A stretch of DNA of 64,000 nt from Vicugna vicugna (Eukaryota), in the NCBI GenBank assembly GCA_013265495.1, contig MU058824.1, forward strand, positions 3,995,111 through 4,059,110, read 5' to 3'. The first letter of the stretch is position 1. Every line of letters begins with the position of its first letter. The translations under genes and the position numbers were made by a program. A model generated the notes under the pieces. The model made no database searches. It was not told the DNA's origin and saw only the letters and a list, made by a program, of their open reading frames with translations. Below are positions 13,891 through 26,536 of this stretch, piece by piece.

Positions 13891-14032
13891 GGGGGAGGAC
13901 ATGGTTCAGTGGCAGAGTGCATGCTTAGCATGCACGAGGTCCTGGGTTCAATCCCCAGTACATCCAATAAACAAACAAACAAACAAACCTACCTAATAAC
14001 CTCCCCCCAAAAAATTTTTTTAAAGTTTTTGT
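13891..14032 (+). mobile_element. tRNA-Ala-derived SINE (Vic-1-like)
   Basis: gggggagg...tcagtggcagagtgcatgcttagcatgcacgaggtcctgggttcaatccccagtac, (AAAC)n spacer, cctaataacctcccccc, A tail. Confidence 0.9.
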
Positions 14033-14809
14033 AAGAATCCCAAAAAATACAAACACCATGAGCAAAAAGTCAGCAGAAAACAATAAACAAGAAAATCAAA
14101 CCCATAAAGATGTCAGATATTAAAATTAACAAGTCCAGAACATAAATATGTTCATGTGTTTAAAATAACAAAGGAAACTGAAAACATGAGAAGAGAAAAA
14201 GATGACTACCAAAAATGTTAAAGCAGTTTTGAAAAAGGATAAAAATCTCTAGAAATAAAAAACATAGTGACAAAAATGAAAAATTCAGTAGACATGTCAA
14301 ATAGCTGATCAGATAGAAATGAAAAAAATAAATCCATGAATGAGAAATAAATCTGAAGAAATGATCCAGAATGCAGTCCAGAGAGAAAAAGATACAGGAT
14401 ATACGAAAGAGAGTTTAAAATAAATGAAAAATGAAGTGCAATGGCCTAACATATGTCTATTCTAAGTTCCAGAGATAGATAACAGAAACAATGAAAAAGC
14501 AGCAATTATTCAGGGAATTTTCCAAAACTGATTATAAGTCGTCAAATATAGGAAACACAAAAAATCACGATTAAGATAAATAATAAGAAATCTGTATCTA
14601 TATTTACCAGGTTGTACAACTCCATGTGACACTACCCATATGGACAGTAGTCCTAATGATAAGAATGCAGAACAACAAAAACAAAGAGAAAATCCTAAAA
14701 AGAGCCAGAGAGAAAAGACAAACTAGAAAGAAATCTGACTGACTGATTTCTCAACAGTAACAACAAAAGCAAGAAAGGAGTGGAATAGTATCTTCAAAAT
14801 ACAGAACAA

Positions 14810-14930
14810 GGGGAAGGTATAGCTCTGTGACAGAGCGCATGCTTAGCATGAACAAGGTCCCAGGTACCTATATACATTACAAACCTAACAACTCCTCCAA
14901 ACAAACAAACAAACAAAATATATATATAGA
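14810..14930 (+). mobile_element. Vic-1-like SINE with B box deleted
   Basis: ggggaaggtatagctc...gcatgcttagcatg; aaaatacaga repeated on both flanks (TSD-like). Confidence 0.85.
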
Positions 14931-16012
14931 AAAAATACAGAGCATAAAATAACTGATAAACTAGAAATCAATACACAAGGAAACTACATTCCAAATATTG
15001 AAAGACAATTTTAGACAACAGAAAGAGTGTTTGCCATCAGTTGTTACTTCCACTAAAGGAATATTTAAAGTATGTACTTCAGGAAGAAGAAAAATAATTT
15101 TTGAATGAAGGTTTGAGAGATAAAAAGGATAAGTAGGCCCCCCAAAATGTGAGTTAATCAAAACAAATACTAGTATTACATTCTAAAAATAATATGTATT
15201 TATGAAATTAAAAACGTATAGAGATAAAAAAATTGTATCACAGATATGCAAGATGTAACTACCGAGAAATGAATGAAGGGTCCACAGGACCTCCCTTTAC
15301 TACTTTGGTAACTTTCTCTGAACCCGTAAAGATTTCAAAATGAAAAGCTAAAAAAATAGGCAGCTAAATTACTAGACATATCAATATATGTAATATTATA
15401 TATATATTATAAAATAATAGATACATCAATAGTATGTAATCTAGGAGTGGGTGGTCAGATTAGTGTTCTAAGGATTTCATATGTAAAGATCCAGATTAAC
15501 TTTACATTTGGTTAAGTTAAACAACACGTTAAAAGTTTAGAGTAAATATTAAATATTAAAACGAAACAGAAACAAATGGAATAAAGGGGAAAAATGACAC
15601 AGAAAAATGAAAAAATATATGAAAAATATATGAAAAATACAGAAAAAGTGGGACAAATAGAAAACAAAATAAAGATGGCAGACATACAATAAATACATTA
15701 GTAATCAAAATTAATGTTAAGTTTAGTAAGCTTGCAACTTAAAAGACAAAGATTTTCAGTTTGCATACCAAATCTATGTTGTTTTTAAGAGATATAACTA
15801 AAATATACGGGCATTAAAGGCTGAAAATAAGACGAAAAAGTATAACAGACAAATAACAATGAAAAAAATCAATATGGCTACCTTAATATCAGAGAAACAA
15901 ATAGACTTCAAGGAGAAACACAAAATAATAATAAAGAGGATCATTATAAATGATAAAAGGTTGAATTCAGCAGAATAAAAATTCTGAACTTATATGCTAA
16001 TTATATAGCTTC

Positions 16013-16046
16013 ATATATATATATATATCTCACACACACACACACA
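16013..16046 (+). repeat. (TA)n(CA)n compound microsatellite
   Basis: Directly visible. Confidence 0.85.
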
Positions 16047-17546
16047 TTTGAAGCAAAAATAGAAATGTAAGAAGAAAATGACAAACTACTATCCCATTAG
16101 AAGATTTTTAACAGATCTCATTCTCAAGAAGGCAAATTTATGGATCAAGCAGACAAAAAATTAGCATGGACACAGAAGATTTAAAAATAGAATTTAATAA
16201 GCTTGATCTAATAGACAAATAAGAGCAGAAAATAACAAAATAGAAGCAAAAATATAAGAGAGAGAATCAACAAAGCCAGAAGCTGGTTCTTTGAAAAGAC
16301 TAATAAAATTGACAAAACTCTGGTAAGACTGATTCAAAAAATGAAAAAGCTGCAAATAAACAAATACACTTCAGTCATGAAAAAGGGGACATAACCACAG
16401 ATATTGCGGATATTAACAAGATCATAATATCCTCCTATTGAGTTTATCCCAAAACATTTTAAAACTTCGATAAAATGGACACTAGAAAAACAAAATTCAC
16501 CAAACTGACCAGAAGAAATTGGAATACTGTACAGTCCTATAAACACAAAAGAAATTGAATCAGTAGTTGACTAGTTTCTCAAAAAAACATTCCAGGCTCA
16601 GATAGTTACATAGTAAGTTCTGGTATACATTCAAGGAAAATATAATTAATAGCTCTTAAAAACTATTCCAGAAAATAAAAAGAAAGAATATGTTCCAATT
16701 CATTTTAGAAGACTAGTCTAATCTTAATACCAATCAGATACAATAAATATAAGATGGGATGGGATGGAAGAATGGGGAAGAAAGCCTTTCACTCTTTGTT
16801 CAACATAGTTCCATACTGTTTGAATTTTTCACAAGATAAACGTATCTATGTAATACTTCTGTAATAATAAAATTTAAGTTTTCAAAAGAAAAAAAGTCAT
16901 CTAAGAAAAAATAGGCAAATCTCATTTAAGACCATAAAAGGAAAAAAAATCTAAACAAAATATTAGCAAACTAAACCTAGCAACATATAAAAAAAGACAG
17001 TAATACATCATGACCAAACTTGGCTTATGTAAATAATGCAAGATTGGTTTAACATCAAATCTATTAATATAACATGTACTATATAACAAATGGAAAGAAA
17101 AAACAGATGATTATCTTAATAGATGAATTCTATATCATCTTTTTTCTGCAATAGAGATTCATAATTTTTAAACAAATCATAGCAAACCAAGACTAGATGA
17201 AAAAAGTCTTAATCTGAAAAATATGGAATCAGGTGCACAGGAAGGAGAAAGGGAGAATGACAGGAAGGAGAGGAAGGAGGGGGAGAAGGGAGGGGAGGTA
17301 GGGAGGGGAAAGGGGAGGAAAAATGAAAAAACATCATTTTTAATGAGAAAATATTAGAAGCATCTTTCTACAATTGGGAAGAACACAAAAATGTCTACTA
17401 TTATATTAGGACTACTAAGTATCATAATAAAAGAAAAAGATAATAAAGGCTTAAGAACTGGAAAGGAAGAAACTCTCATCCACAGATGATATAATTTTCT
17501 ACATAGAACACTCAAAAGAATATACAAACCATAAGAATTTAAAGAG

Positions 17547-17672
17547 GGAGGGAGGATATAGCTCAGTGGTAGAGTACATGCTTAGCATGCATGAAGTTTT
17601 GGGTTCAATTCCTAGTACCTCCATTAAAAAAAAAATAAATAGATAAACCTAATTACCTCCCTCTCCACAAAA
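17547..17672 (+). mobile_element. Vic-1-like SINE
   Basis: A and B boxes and palindromic anticodon arm; TSD aagaatttaaa(a)gag at 17533-17546 and 17673-17687. Confidence 0.9.
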
Positions 17673-18125
17673 AAGAATTTAAAAGAGTTTAGGAAAATTG
17701 TTGAATACAAGATCAATACACAAAAATCAATTACACATCTATATACCAGTATTAGACAGTTAGAAAATGTGACTTTAAAAAAACCTACCATTCCCAATAG
17801 CAATAAATTATTAAAGTACCCAAAAATTAATCTAGTAAAAGATATATAAGGTCTTTTGGGAGAAATTTATAAAATTTTATTGAAAGCAATTAACTAAAAC
17901 CTAATAAATGGAGATGTATACTGTATTTACAGATACGGAGACTTGAGGTCTACACCCTCAAATTGAATCTTAGAGTCAATGTAATTTCGATTTTTGGGTG
18001 CATGTAAAATTTATCAAAATGATTCTAAAATATATGTGGAAATGCAAAGGAGCAAGAACAGCCAAGACATTCCTATAGAAGAATAAGATGGGAGGAAATT
18101 GAATATAAGAAATATTATAAAATTA

Positions 18126-18268
18126 GGGATGGAGGGTATAGCTCAAGTGGTAGAGCGCATGCTTAGCATGCGCAAGGTCCTAAGTTCAGTCCCCAGTACT
18201 GGCATTAAAAAAATCAATCAATCAATCAATATAATTTACCCCCCCAAAAAGAACAACAAAAAAATTAA
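18126..18268 (+). mobile_element. Vic-1-like SINE
   Basis: ggagggtatagctcaagtggtagagcgcatgcttagcatgcgcaaggtcc; (AATC)n spacer; A tail. Confidence 0.9.
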
Positions 18269-19148
18269 AGAAATTAAGATATATGGTATTGGTACAAATA
18301 AACCAATAAAATTTAAAAAGAGCCCAGAAGTAGACACATGACAACTTGATTTATGATAGAAATGCCACTGTAGATCAGTGCGGAAAGAATGGACTTTTCA
18401 ATGGCACTAGCACAACCAATTATATGATGGAAAAACTGGTTCCCTACTTCATACCACACAATTAATATAAGAAATTAATTCCTGATAGATTAAAGACTTA
18501 AATGTGAAAGGAAAAGTTCTAAAAGTTTTGGAAGCAATATATGTGAATGCATTTATGTCTTCTAGAAAATGAAGAATTTCATTTAAGACAAAAATTATAA
18601 ACCATAAAGGAAAATACTGACAAATTCTAATTCATTAAAATTAATGACTTCTGCCATCAAAGTAAAAAGACAAGAGAAAAACTCATGCAGTATACTTGGA
18701 ACACATAACTAACAAAGGATTAGAATTAAAATTAAATTAAGAACTTCCTTAATATCACAAGAAAAAAGAAACAATCCAATAGAAAAATAGGCAAAGGACA
18801 CAAAATAACTATTCCATAAAACAGGAAGAACCACTGGTTGATTAACATATGAAAAGATATGTAAATAATCAGAAAAGTACAAATTAAAACCACAGTGAGA
18901 TATCGCTTTACACTCACCAGATTAAAAAACATTAAATAACTAAAAATGTCAAGCAGTAATAAGCATGTAGAGCAAGAGGGACACTTTTATACTGCTGGTT
19001 GAAGTGTAACCAATATAACCACTCTGGGGGAAAAACTGGCCTTATCTGGTAAGGCTGAAGATACTTTTTCACTCCTAAGTATATAACCTGAACTCTTGCA
19101 TCAGGGGACCTGCTATGCACAACTTTCCTAAAAAGTTTCCAATGCTAA

Positions 19149-19246
19149 GGAACATGAAAATGAATATATGTATGTATATGCATGACTGGGACATTGTGCT
19201 GTACACAGAAATTGACACACTGTAACTGACTATACTTCAATTGAAA
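19149..19246 (+). mobile_element. Short 5'-truncated younger L1 3' end with TSD
   Basis: tgtgctgtacacagaaattgacacactgtaactgactatacttcaatt plus A tail; flanks tttccaatgctaa and tttccagtgctaa. Confidence 0.8.
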
Positions 19247-19264
19247 AAACATTTCCAGTGCTAA

Positions 19265-19545
19265 TAAGTGTGTTTGTATGGCTGGGGCACTGACCCCTGC
19301 TGCACCAGGTTGTACAGACTGCATAGTGTGGATTATGGTGAACACCCATTCCATTCTGGAAGTCTAAAATTTTTATAATTATGACAGATACCACAGGCAG
19401 AGTCCCTCTGTAACCAGTCCCCAATAAAAACTATGGACTCTGAGTCTCTAGTGAGCTTCCCCAAGTAGAAACATGCACAGCTGCTGCTGTGTTTCAGTGC
19501 TGGAGGAGGACGTGCAGTCTGTATGGTCCCTTGGAGAGAGTGGGA
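19265..19545 (+). mobile_element. ERV LTR fragment (MER21-like)
   Basis: gtaaccagtccccaataaaaactatggactctgagtctctagtgagcttccc resembles the MER21 poly(A) region as recalled. Confidence 0.5.
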
Positions 19546-19920
19546 GAAAAACATTACCTACACAACCAGGAAGTTCAACAAATCCCAAGTATGATAATAT
19601 TATCAAAAGGACAGGAAAAACAAAGGGGATGGAGCAGAGAAGAGAGAAAAGGGATAGGAGGAGGAGGAGGGGTGGGAAGGGAAGGGAAGAGAACAGAAAA
19701 AAAGAGCAGTAAAGCACTCCAAAATGGAATCTTGGCTTTCTTCAACTTCAGAATAACTGGCTTCCCTTTCATTCATATTCCAACAATTTCCCATTAATAT
19801 TTTCAGTGGCTTAGAAATTCATTAAATTTGCAGGTACAAACTAGATCTCACGTTAAAGCCTAGATATTTTTACAATTGAGACAAAATGTTCTGCTTTAAA
19901 TAGTAATAAAAATAACCAAC

Positions 19921-20043
19921 CTGTGGTGTTTGTGGAGTAGCCACACCTGTTGATGTAATGTCTTCACACCATTCACAGTCTATTAATCCAGCCACATAAC
20001 CATCATCACTGGTGGTCACATCTTCTAGACTCATATTCTTTGA
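19921..20043 (-). CDS. MELK: MELK exon 13
   Basis: aatag|TCAAAG...CCACAG|gttggt; 123 nt; SKNMSLEDVTTSDDGYVAGLIDCEWCEDITSTGVATPQTPQ. Confidence 0.93.
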
Positions 20044-20322
20044 CTATTCAAAAATAGAAGAACTCAGAAACAACACAACCATGATTCAGTTTCAAAGGGT
20101 ACATTACAGGCACAGGGCAAGGCCCTGGAAACAGAGGCAAATGAGAGTATACTGAAGGAGCTCACCATCCAATACAGAAAACAGGAAGTCAAATTTTTTT
20201 TTTGGTGCTTCTGTGCCCTAAGGGCTGTTTTATTGCTGCAAAAAAAAAGAGCTTGTAATCACTTTTCCATGAGGTTCTTATAATTTAATATGAAATAAGC
20301 TTTTTAAAAGACTACAGTGAGA

Positions 20323-20498
20323 GGGGGAGGGTACAGTGAGAGGGGGAGGGTACAGCTCAAGTGGTAGAGCGTATGCTTAGCAAGCATGAGGTCCTGGGTT
20401 CAATCCCCAGTACCTCCTCCAAAAATAAACCTAATTATCTCCACCCACACCAAAATAAATTAATTAAATAATACAATAATAAATAAACTATTTTTTAA
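20323..20498 (+). mobile_element. Vic-1-like SINE with duplicated 5' junction
   Basis: Intact A and B boxes; TSD aaaagac(t/c)acagtgaga at 20306-20322 and 20499-20515. Confidence 0.92.
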
Positions 20499-21972
20499 AA
20501 AAGACCACAGTGAGAAACAAACCTAAATAGTTTAAATAAATAAACAAGGAAAAAACAGACAAAAAAAAAACAAACCAAAACCTAAATAGTCACTCCTCTG
20601 CCTTGCCTCAGATGCTTCTAAGGACTCTCATTTTGCTTCATGGCAAGGCCCCTCCATATGGCTCTCCAAACATCTGTCCAGTTCTACAGATGCATCTCCA
20701 AACCTGGGTTCCCTAAGCCCCACTATACTGGGTGAGTTATTGCCACACTGCTGAGCATATCCCCAAACTTCTTCATTTGGTCAAAAGACCAACTAGAGAG
20801 AGAAGGAAGACAAGTTATGGCTGGCAGGGACATAAGACCCACTATACCTGCAGCACATGATTGACAAGTGCCAAAAAGAGGGCTCTAAATGTGTAGTTAA
20901 AGGAACTGGGAATGGGGTATGGGGATTCAACAAAAGATCATGAAAGAGATGGCATTTTAACATTTTTTGACAGAGTTTTGAGATCTAAAGAAAAAAAAAA
21001 TCACCTCAGCCACATAATCATTTGGGCTATACTGGATTCCATGAAGAGGGCCAACTACTTCTCTCTGAGAATAGCATAAGTGCAGTTTCCTAGTGCTAAA
21101 ACCATGCAACCTGAATCAATGGAGGGAAAATTGTATTTCGAAGTTTCACATCCATCCAGCAAAGTGTTTGGAAGGCAGAATTTTAAACCATGGAGATACA
21201 AAGAATCACACAAGACAGAGGCTAATACCAGCGCTTAGGAATGGCAGGGTGCCTCCAAATTTGTAAAGCTTCTCTACCATTCTGAATGTTCATGACCAAA
21301 TTATCCACAAACTTCTTCATTGAAAGGAAAGGAAAATGAGACGAAAACAACAGAAGAGAAAAAAATAATTTGGTTACAACTCATACAAAGAACTTGAGTG
21401 GCATGAGCTATAGCTACTGCTGAAAACAACCAACCTAAACTCTTAACATAAATGAGTATCAAAATATTCGCTGAAATACTTCATGTTATATAGAGTATAA
21501 TATGTTCTATATTCAAAGGTCTTACTGTCAACAATTTGAATGTTATCTAAATTCAATAATACTGTATCCTTTAAAAGCACTTACATGTACATTAATTATA
21601 TAAATAAGCATACTGAAAAAAAAGACTGGAAAGATACAGCAAAATATAAATTATATTATCTACAGGTAATAGGTTTATAGGTAAATTCTATTTTCCTTTA
21701 GCTTATCTGTGGCTTAAAATCGTTCTATGACAATCAGAAATTACTTTTGTGAAAAAAAGTGGAAAGTAGAATTTTTTTAATGCCATGTTAACATTAAAAA
21801 TTAAACAGTTCAGAATTTCCTATTTTCATCATCAAAAATATTTAAATCATAAAATGTCTTTCCTCTGGCTCCTTGACACTAGCAAAGTTAACCTTCCTAG
21901 TCTATGTGCACTCACGAAGAGGGCTGGCACATGGCAAAAGCAGTAGGTGCCCACAAAGTTTCTAACATTCAC

Positions 21973-22101
21973 CTTGATGTCTGTGACCGGAGCAGTGCTG
22001 GCTTGTCCACACGAAGAAAGAAGCCTTAAACGAACAGGTTTTCCCCGAGCCTTCTTGGCGCGGAGCAGAAGATAAGTAGCTGTGAGGTGATCATACTGCC
22101 A
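21973..22101 (-). CDS. MELK: MELK exon 12 (end of UBA, linker)
   Basis: tccag|TGGCAG...ATCAAG|gtgaat; 129 nt; WQYDHLTATYLLLRAKKARGKPVRLRLLSSCGQASTAPVTDIK. Confidence 0.95.
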
Positions 22102-22899
22102 CTGGAGAAAAAGAAAATCAAGTTTAGAAGACTAAAGTTGTTTTTTGAAATAATGTTCTATTTAAAATTTTTCTCAATGTAACAGATATTCAGAATTTTT
22201 AGGAAAATGTTTAGCTTTACAAGGCATATAATGAAAAACAACAATCCCCTATACTACACCCCTCTACACACAATTTCCACTCTCCAGAAGGCACCACTTT
22301 GAAATACTTTTAGCTATTTTTTCCATATTTCTAAATTAATTACTTATCTTACTATAGAAAATAAGAACTCAGCTCTACTCCTTCCTTCCCTACACACGTC
22401 TCTTCCCTGCATCTTCCTACTATAATTTTATCACAATTTTTAGTTAAATCAATATTTAATAATTATGATTATATAAATAGTATTTACAACTAAGTAAAAG
22501 TAATGTTCAATAAATTTAATTAGTACTCTGACACCAACCAATCAGAACAGAGGCCAAGAGGTGAAGAGGGTCCTAGAGGACCCCTGCCATGCCATTATTA
22601 ACCTTTTAATTGTTGGATATGGGGCAGGACTGGAGGGAGGTAGCAGAGGCCCATGGGAGATAACAGGGCAACAGGGAAGGCACTTGGAGTAGTAGTTATA
22701 TACCAATCAGTATATAAATATTCTAATCTTAATAATCTGTATGGCCATACTGACTGGACATCAGCCCTGCAACTAAGCCACACAGGGTGCTATCCTTGCA
22801 CTTCCTTCTTTTATAGCTTTTTCCTGAAGTTAAAAAAACATAAAAAAGAAGCAGTTATTCTAACTCCACACTCTCTAACACTCTTCATCTCCTCTCAAT

Positions 22900-24900
22900 A
22901 TGTACACAGATATCAGCTAATCTGTCTCCTCCTCTGTCTCCCTCTGGTCCTCCTCCTCATCCTCCACTCTGGTCTGGCTTCTTTGTGTCTACAACTCAAC
23001 AGTCAGTCTAGGGATAGATAGTCTAGTCGCCTCTATCCTACAATGTATCACCAGTTTCCTAGATTCTGAGTATTCCTTTTTCTTGGTTTACTTCCTTGTT
23101 TTGGTGGAGCACATCCCCCAGTAACTTCCTGAGGGTAGATGGATGGAAGGTAAATTTTCTGAGATCTTGCATGTCTGATAAATTACTGTATTCTATCCGC
23201 ACACTTGATCCTGGTTTGGCTGAGTACAGAATTTTAGGTTGACAATAATCTTCACAGTTTTGAAGACATTGTTCCATGGTCTTCTCAATTCTAGTACAGT
23301 TATTGATCTAAAGTCTTTCTGATTCTCAAGCCTTTCTGTATGATCTTTTGTTTTTTGTCTCTAGAAACTTTTTGGATCGCCTTTTTTCCCAGTTTTCTGA
23401 AATTTCACTAAAACAGGCCTTTGTATGGATCTATTTTCATCCATTTTGCCAAGCCCTAGCTAAGTCCCTTCATTCTTAGAAACTCGTATCTTTCATCTTT
23501 CATTTCTGGAGTATTTCTTCTTACACTCTTTCTTTGATGGTTTCTCCCCCCCTTTATTCTCTGTTTTATTTTCCTGCAACTTCTGTTATGTGTATGTTGG
23601 AACTTTCTCACCCCTTCTCTCCTCGCCATGCATCTCTGTCTTTAGGTTCTACTTTTGTAAGATTTAACATTATTTCATTTTTCAAACATTTCTACTGAGC
23701 TTTTCATTTCTGTGGTCACAGTCTAAGTATTCAAGCTATCTCTTGAAATGTTCCTTTTTAGTCATCTTATTCCTATTTCAAAAAAGAAATAGCTTCTCTC
23801 TTTTTTTTAATTAAAAAATTGGGGGGGTAATTAGATTTATTATTATTTTTACTTTTATTTAACAGAAGTACTGGGGATTGAACCCATGATCTCGAGCATG
23901 CTAAGCATGCACTCTACCACTGAGCTATACCCTCCCCTCTAAGAAATAGCTTCTCTTATCTCTGAGAATATTAATCATCATTTCTTAGCCATTTCTTCCA
24001 CTTACTATATTATCTGTTTTTTCTGAGTGTCTTTACTTTTTCTTCCCCTTCTCCTCTCACACCATTTATTTTGATCTCTGACTTTCATGTTAGAGGGTAT
24101 CCTCAAAGTTCTGGTGATTATTGGCTGTCTATCTATTTGAAAGCAAAGATCATACTACCTAGCTAAATAAGGCTCTATGTGTAGTTTGGGGCTGCTCATC
24201 ACCTTGGGGGCTTCTCTCTAAGGTGAAGAGACAGGAACATGAACTCAAACCATGGGTACAGTACGTCTTTTCTCTTGGCTTTTCCCTAAAATGAGTCTCC
24301 CAATATTTTCCCCACCCCCACTGCAATTAGGATAAAATCCTGGTTCCAATATTCTCTGAGTTGAAGAGGTAAGGGAGCTAGAGGCAGTGGCTCACTGTCC
24401 AATAAGAGGCTTGTGTGTGTCCATGCATCTATTTCAGAATGGTTCATCACCCCCACCTGAGCTGTGTCTGGTACAAGAGTGACTCTTGTTCAATGTCTCC
24501 AATCTTCTGCTAGAGTGGGGGAGAAGTGGCTGTCATGCAACACAAGGTATAGAAAGGGACCTAGCAGTCTAAACGCTCCTAAGATAGACTTTCAACCAGT
24601 CTCCTTGGTTTCCACCCTGCTCACTTTCCTGACCTCAGAGGTTCCTAGTAACTCTGATTCCTGAGCTTTTCTGGAGCTCTAGGGCTCCAATCAACTTCCT
24701 TACTGCTTTTTCCCACTGCAGGTACTTTGCTTTCAGCTTTCTTCCAAAATGCTAGGTCAGCTGTCACTCAGCTATTTTACTCTCTTCATTGTGAATTATT
24801 TGCCTTTTAATTCTTTTGTTGTTATTTTAGTGAGGCTTTAGGAGTGTTGGATGTATACATATCTGTTCAATCCACCATATATAACTGAAAGTTTCTAAAT
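22900..24900 (-). mobile_element. Old LINE-1 fragment (L1ME-like, ORF1/5' region), sense to MELK
   Basis: T-rich plus strand with antisense L1 text (tttggctgagtacagaattttaggttgacaataat; ttctgaaatttcact...gtatggatctattttcatcc). Confidence 0.65.
23800..23940 (-). mobile_element. Vic-1-like SINE (sense to MELK)
   Basis: Reverse complement of the SINE consensus; perfect 16-bp TSD aagaaatagcttctct at 23784-23799 and 23941-23956. Confidence 0.93.
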
Positions 24901-26536
24901 AATGTTGCTAGAAGTTTCCAAATAAGACTATGAGACTCTCTGCCCTGCAAGTGTTAAATTTTAATATTGAGTAATATTTTATGCTATTTATCTCTCACAA
25001 AGTACATGATCCAAAGAGGTCTACTACCATCTCTGATTTTACTAGTAAGTTTTATCAGTTAACGTTTTAGGTGGCCACAATCATAGTATATGCTTTGAAA
25101 TTTACATAATGGATCTATCAATCTAGTGGGAGAAGTATAACACTGTGATAAGTTATCATAGAATGTTGCCTTTAATCCAGGTAAGGTTGGGGGGAGGAAG
25201 GACAGAAAAGGTTTCATGGAAAAGGTACTTGGGAATTGGGTGAAAACTACATAGTTACAATTACTCTCTACTTTCCAAAAGCTACTTTACTGGTTTTTTC
25301 TGCACCTCCCACATCTATGGTCTCATGTGTGATAGCTACCTTTCAGAAAGAGATGCCATAAAATGATTAGAAGCAATGGCTCAGAAACAGCTGCCATTTG
25401 CTTGTCAAACATGGCATAACCTGGGCACTGTAAGCAATACCTGGACAGTGCTAAGAGTTTTAGGTGGAGTTTTCTAAGCATGCCTGGGAGTTTTATAATC
25501 ATCCTGGAAACTCTCTTTTTCCTTAGGCAAAAAAGCACCCTTTTTATAACTTTTTTTGCAATAGCCACTGCATACTACTTATTATGATAAGATGCACAGG
25601 GGAGTTCTGTGTTTTTTCATAAAAGATAAATCAACACATTAGTTATGCTTTTCGGATGATGTCAATCTACAAGTCTAACACAACCAATGTCTTCCTTATC
25701 TTTTAGGCAGCTCCTTCTTTTGAAAGTCAAAGGCCTGAAAGTAAAGCAGTAGGTTTACCTGTTACAAAGAACATTCCATTTCTAGAAAATGAAAAACATT
25801 TTAAAATCCCTAGTTATTGTTCAGGCAGGCCAAATGTTTAAAAAGCTGCCCAGGCACCTGGGCTGAGGAGAAGCAACTACTGGAACAGAGGGTTTGAGAT
25901 ATTGAGGAGTGGCCCCCTATCCTTCCCCTGACGTGCTCCCGAGGCCCTCAATCTTTACATCTCCACCACCGGAATACATGGGTATTTGCACTGCAGGGGT
26001 GAGGGTAAAGGACCTGTCTTGGTCTGCAGGCTCGTGTGCACATGTGACCCTCAGTGAAGTTCCCCCACCAGAGGACTGGCTGCTTCACAATCCAGAGCCA
26101 CTCACAGCTAGCAGAAAGGGGAAAGTAAGGAAAGCAATGGGGTAGAAGCTCTAGCACCACTGCAGGAAATTTCAAGAGGGCCACAATGAGACAGCAGAAA
26201 ATCATGAGACACGTGAAACTCTCACTTCGGCACACAACCCAGTTTAAGAACGTTCATGTATACAATATAAAAGTGGTAGTTCCATGAGTTGAATGTTTGG
26301 GAATAATATTGTTTCTCTCTCTTTACACAAAGATCAGCAGCACCATACCCAGCACGGATCGCATTAAACTGATCTCTCTCTGTCCTGTCTAGCAAGCCCA
26401 AAAAGTAAAGGCAGAGCTCCCAAGATACTAGAAAAAAATATGACAGACCACAGTTAACCTCAAACCTGGTTTTCCTGAGGCTCTTTAAACTGGAAAGTAC
26501 CTAGGACCAATGTGAATTCTCTGAGGCTATCCAGAC

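Larger units (their letters stand above)
13300..19090 (+). mobile_element. Long degraded LINE-1 (ORF1-like, ORF2 and 3' parts), antisense to MELK, in intron 13
   Basis: A-rich strand; ORF2 remnants RINKARSWFFEKTNKIDK (~16263-16316) and cacagatgatataattttctacatagaa (FADD-like region, ~17481); L1 3' motif aaattaaaaccacagtgagatatc (~18881); many stops; interrupted by four SINEs. Confidence 0.85.

Noticed and set aside
13891..13975. tRNA-Ala(AGC)-like sequences, here and at ten other sites, as real tRNA genes
   Set aside because: Broken acceptor stems, shared non-tRNA tails, A-rich ends and TSDs show they are SINE copies.
19145..19797. Cluster of overlapping short ORFs
   Set aside because: Produced by LTR/L1 remnants and a low-complexity purine tract.
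25900..26230. Slightly CpG-richer patch with TGACGT and CACGTG motifs as an enhancer or promoter (similar patch at ~31970-32150)
   Set aside because: Not a CpG island; hexamers are expected by chance and there is no other evidence.
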